64,000 bases of DNA, taken from positions 124,001 through 188,000 of the forward strand of contig NOWV01000134.1 of the NCBI GenBank assembly GCA_003344405.1, read 5' to 3'. Numbering within the stretch: position 1 is the first letter of the stretch; every line of letters begins with the position of its first letter. This DNA is from Trichoplax sp. H2. Its lineage: Eukaryota. A program made the position numbers and the translations under genes. Below, one piece after another: positions 60,859 through 64,000 of this stretch. Below the pieces are notes generated by a model. The model was given only the letters and a program-made list of their open reading frames with translations, was not told where the DNA came from and made no database searches.

Positions 60859-63278
60859 TTATTTGCAGTATCTGTCTGCTTTCATCTTTTCTCTCCTAAA
60901 TAAAATAATAGTAAAATTGGAAGCTTTTACTAGTTAGTTTATAACTACATTACATGCAATTACTACAAACCTGTCAAGCAGCTCTTCATGAAAACTGCCC
61001 GTCTTTCTAGCTTTTTTTAGTGAGCCCGGATTATCCGTATTTAACCGTAATTTGTGATCGCCAAAACTCTGATACATTTTCCTAAGTAATATAACAGTAA
61101 TATTACAGATTGCGGATAATACTGATTAGAGCTTTGTAGATGCATGCATGCAGTCCTTACACATAATTAAGTTCACAGTTTACAACGCCTCCTAAACTTT
61201 CATCCTGTTTGGCTTTCTTAACTCCAGTTTCCCTTTCTGTATTTGTTCTAATCTATAATAAGAGTCAATTGCCTACTTGGTTAACTTCAACTGACGAAAG
61301 CAATCGAGATATAGATATGAGCTATGATAATTATCGATATAATTTAAGGAAAGCATATCGAAGTATTACATGACGCGTATATATATAATATATATATATA
61401 GACCAAACCTTGAGATTTTCAGCATCTCCGATAGTTCTGTTTAATGCTGCGATCATATGGTCCTCATGAACACCAAGAAAGTTTTCATTAAAGGCCTGCA
61501 GGCCACATTTGGTCTGGGTAGATGTTTGAACAATTAGTAAAGATGCTTATAAATTTTGCTCTTTATCAGATAGCTATACTTACGCCATCTATTACAGGTT
61601 CAAGGTGTTCTAGTGGTCCAATCGCGTCAGCACGTCCTACGATATTACCTTCTTTTCTAACAGATACATACTTTCCTATATATCATTGATAAAAGTGTAC
61701 GAAACAAATCCAATACATTGGATGAAGTTTATTCAATCGCAAAATTTATATGATTTTTAAGTTTACCATATCCAGACTTTAAGGCAATCCTTCTCTCACT
61801 TAGATTGACGGCTGTAAATACTTCCTCTGCCACAGGTCCTAAGTTTGATGAAAATATATATGAAGTACAGTATACAAAAGAAGTGAATTTTATATGTACA
61901 TTGGAATAATCGTAGCCCTTATAATTATATTGTAAGCACTACATTGCATTTATTAAATTCGGTTGACTACTAGGTAACTTTACTTAATACAATTAGAGAT
62001 ATCCTTGAAAGAACGAAGGTGGCTAACGGACATACTCGATGTATCGTTACTTTTCTTATTACTATAATTTCTGATATGTTACGCGAGATAAAATTTATTT
62101 ACATCGTATATCCGTAAAATATGGGAAAGAAGAACAACAACCTTCTTCAGTCATGTCTTGCCAAAGTTGCTGATGATAGGTAATAAAGCAATGACATTAC
62201 ACTGGGCGAGATTGTAGTAAATCTATTGATTGATGTTTAATTTCATTATTACAAGCAAATTATTCTGATAGCAAAATGAAATAGTATCGTAGACCTATCA
62301 TCATGCGTCACGACTACGTATGAACAATGCAATTATTCTAAGATTAAAACGATCAGTTCTAATTTCCATTACATTATGTAATGGCAGCTGTTGACCAAGA
62401 CATGACAACTTCTTGATTGACTTTAGAAAGTATATGGCATTCAGTCTGAACTTAATGGGCAAATAAATAGATGCAGAGTAAAGCTTAGTGAGAATAGAGT
62501 GTGCTATGCATGCTGTCTAACTATTACATCTTGCAATACATACAATCGTAAGACAGTAAACTAACACAAAATGATATCTAGCTTTACATAAGCTGATAGG
62601 GTAAAATTGAAAGCTTAGCTGGAGGGATTTTTTGCGTAGAAAATAGACCCTCCCTCCAAATTATATACGCGTATAGTACTGTATACCTGAGTTGGTATAA
62701 CACCTAAGACGCAACAATATATGATTGCTTACCACTAGGACGTGGATCTCCAAGTTTAAACGAACCATTATCCTAGTAAAATATCAAAAACAGGGCCATA
62801 AGTATAGAAAATTCCTGATGTTCTCAATGAATGTCATCCGCTAGCATCTACTTGACATTTCGCAAGTAGGTTGTGAAAGAATTTAGCGAATTTGGAGACC
62901 GTTTCGATCGTTTGGCCAATATTATTGCCTACCATTGCAAATAAATAACGTTGATCTTTCATTTCTATAGAAACACAACCCTTAATCTGTTCTAGCTTTT
63001 GAACAGCCCACCATTTGCCCACTGGGGCATGAGCAACATCGGATGAAAATAATAAATAGAAATAGCATTGAATCAGACATATGATTACCACTCATCGATA
63101 TCCACCAGTGCACTTAGTCGATATACAGTATTATAGGCATACGAAATATGCGTAGACCATAAATTATCAATACAGTAAGGTTAGCTTATAATTTTTACCG
63201 GTATCCAAGGTTTCTTTGGTATTATCACTAACAGCTGATGATTTTTGATGCATTTTTCGCTTTTTCTTTTTATGTTTC
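60859..63278 (-). CDS. FRG1: FRG1 (FSHD region gene 1) homolog, multi-exon; first exon not resolved
   Basis: KHKKKKRK NLS exon, [97 protein letters not shown] (stop at 60859). Confidence 0.93.
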
Positions 63279-64000
63279 CTAAAGAGGAGAAGGAAATGGT
63301 TATGCGAGGGAAATAATTTAGCTAATGTGTAGTGGATCTTGAGGTTGACTAGTGATACTTTTCATAAAATGCAGCTCGCGCTTTGCTACTAGTTAGTTGG
63401 CTTTATTGAAGGTTGTACTGTACATGCATTAGCAGAGTAATTGAATGATCGTGTGAAGCAAAGCCGAAGAAGTCGTAAGACTTTCCTTTTTATAAGACTC
63501 TAGCTGTAATAGTAACGGATCTATTTGTAACTTAGCAGCATCGTACTATACAGATATTTAAGTTTACTCAATTCCTAGACACGACACAGATAACATAACA
63601 TGTCGATAATTTGTAATCTATGATTATTATAACTTATAAATTATCTGCTATAATTCTAATTATCAGACATGACATTACGCTACGGTTCGGACTTAGTGTA
63701 TTAGTGAACGATACGCATATTTTAATGATTATTCGCGACATAATATATCAATATTATTTCAGGGAAGCATCATCATCCATCAATTCTATTGGAATGTGAC
63801 TAATGCAAGTTGGTCAAAGACAGGAGCAAAAGGAAATGATCCGCTCTAAGACCAGTTCACTGACAAAGATCAAGATGTCCTAAAGTTTCTACAATATGTA
63901 ATTCAATTAACGCTTTTTCATTACTATCTCATCTTTAAAGCAGTACATTGTAATTAAAGACTGTCATCCTACGATAAAACTATGTGATCATCGTGGGCAA

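Noticed and set aside
62147-62306. TGATGA/CTGA boxes and an 11-bp inverted repeat in an FRG1 intron, as a possible C/D snoRNA
   Set aside because: The better-formed box pair is antisense to the host gene, the sense pair lacks a convincing terminal stem, and no rRNA-complementary guide was recognised.
63340-63600. Candidate first exons of FRG1
   Set aside because: No ATG-containing exon with a compatible phase and an FRG1-like N-terminus was found. The start may lie beyond the window.

Overview
AT-rich, intron-dense eukaryotic (animal) genomic DNA with mostly short GT-AG introns and clusters of ACAGT/ACTGT pentamers. The style suggests a compact early-branching metazoan, probably a placozoan such as Trichoplax (inference, not verified). 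Genes reconstructed by hand from exon phases, left to right: microsomal epoxide hydrolase (+), intronless CYP3-clan P450 (-), MRPS21 (+), a candidate unannotated micro-exon gene for a Cys-rich secreted protein (-), PGM2 (-, 3.3-kb first intron), Grainyhead (-), intronless survivin (-), ankyrin-DHHC palmitoyltransferase (+), folate-receptor family GPI protein (-), a small ankyrin-repeat protein (+), NEK1 (-) and FRG1 (-, 5' end unresolved). There are also many 56-185 bp tandem duplications and a duplication flanking an N gap that is probably an assembly artefact. No prokaryotic features, CRISPR array, rRNA, tRNA or intact transposon were seen. The best leads are the micro-exon gene at 9.0-10.6 kb, a CDE-CHR-like element upstream of survivin, a GRHL-like N-terminal motif in Grainyhead, and the adjacent P450/epoxide hydrolase pair.
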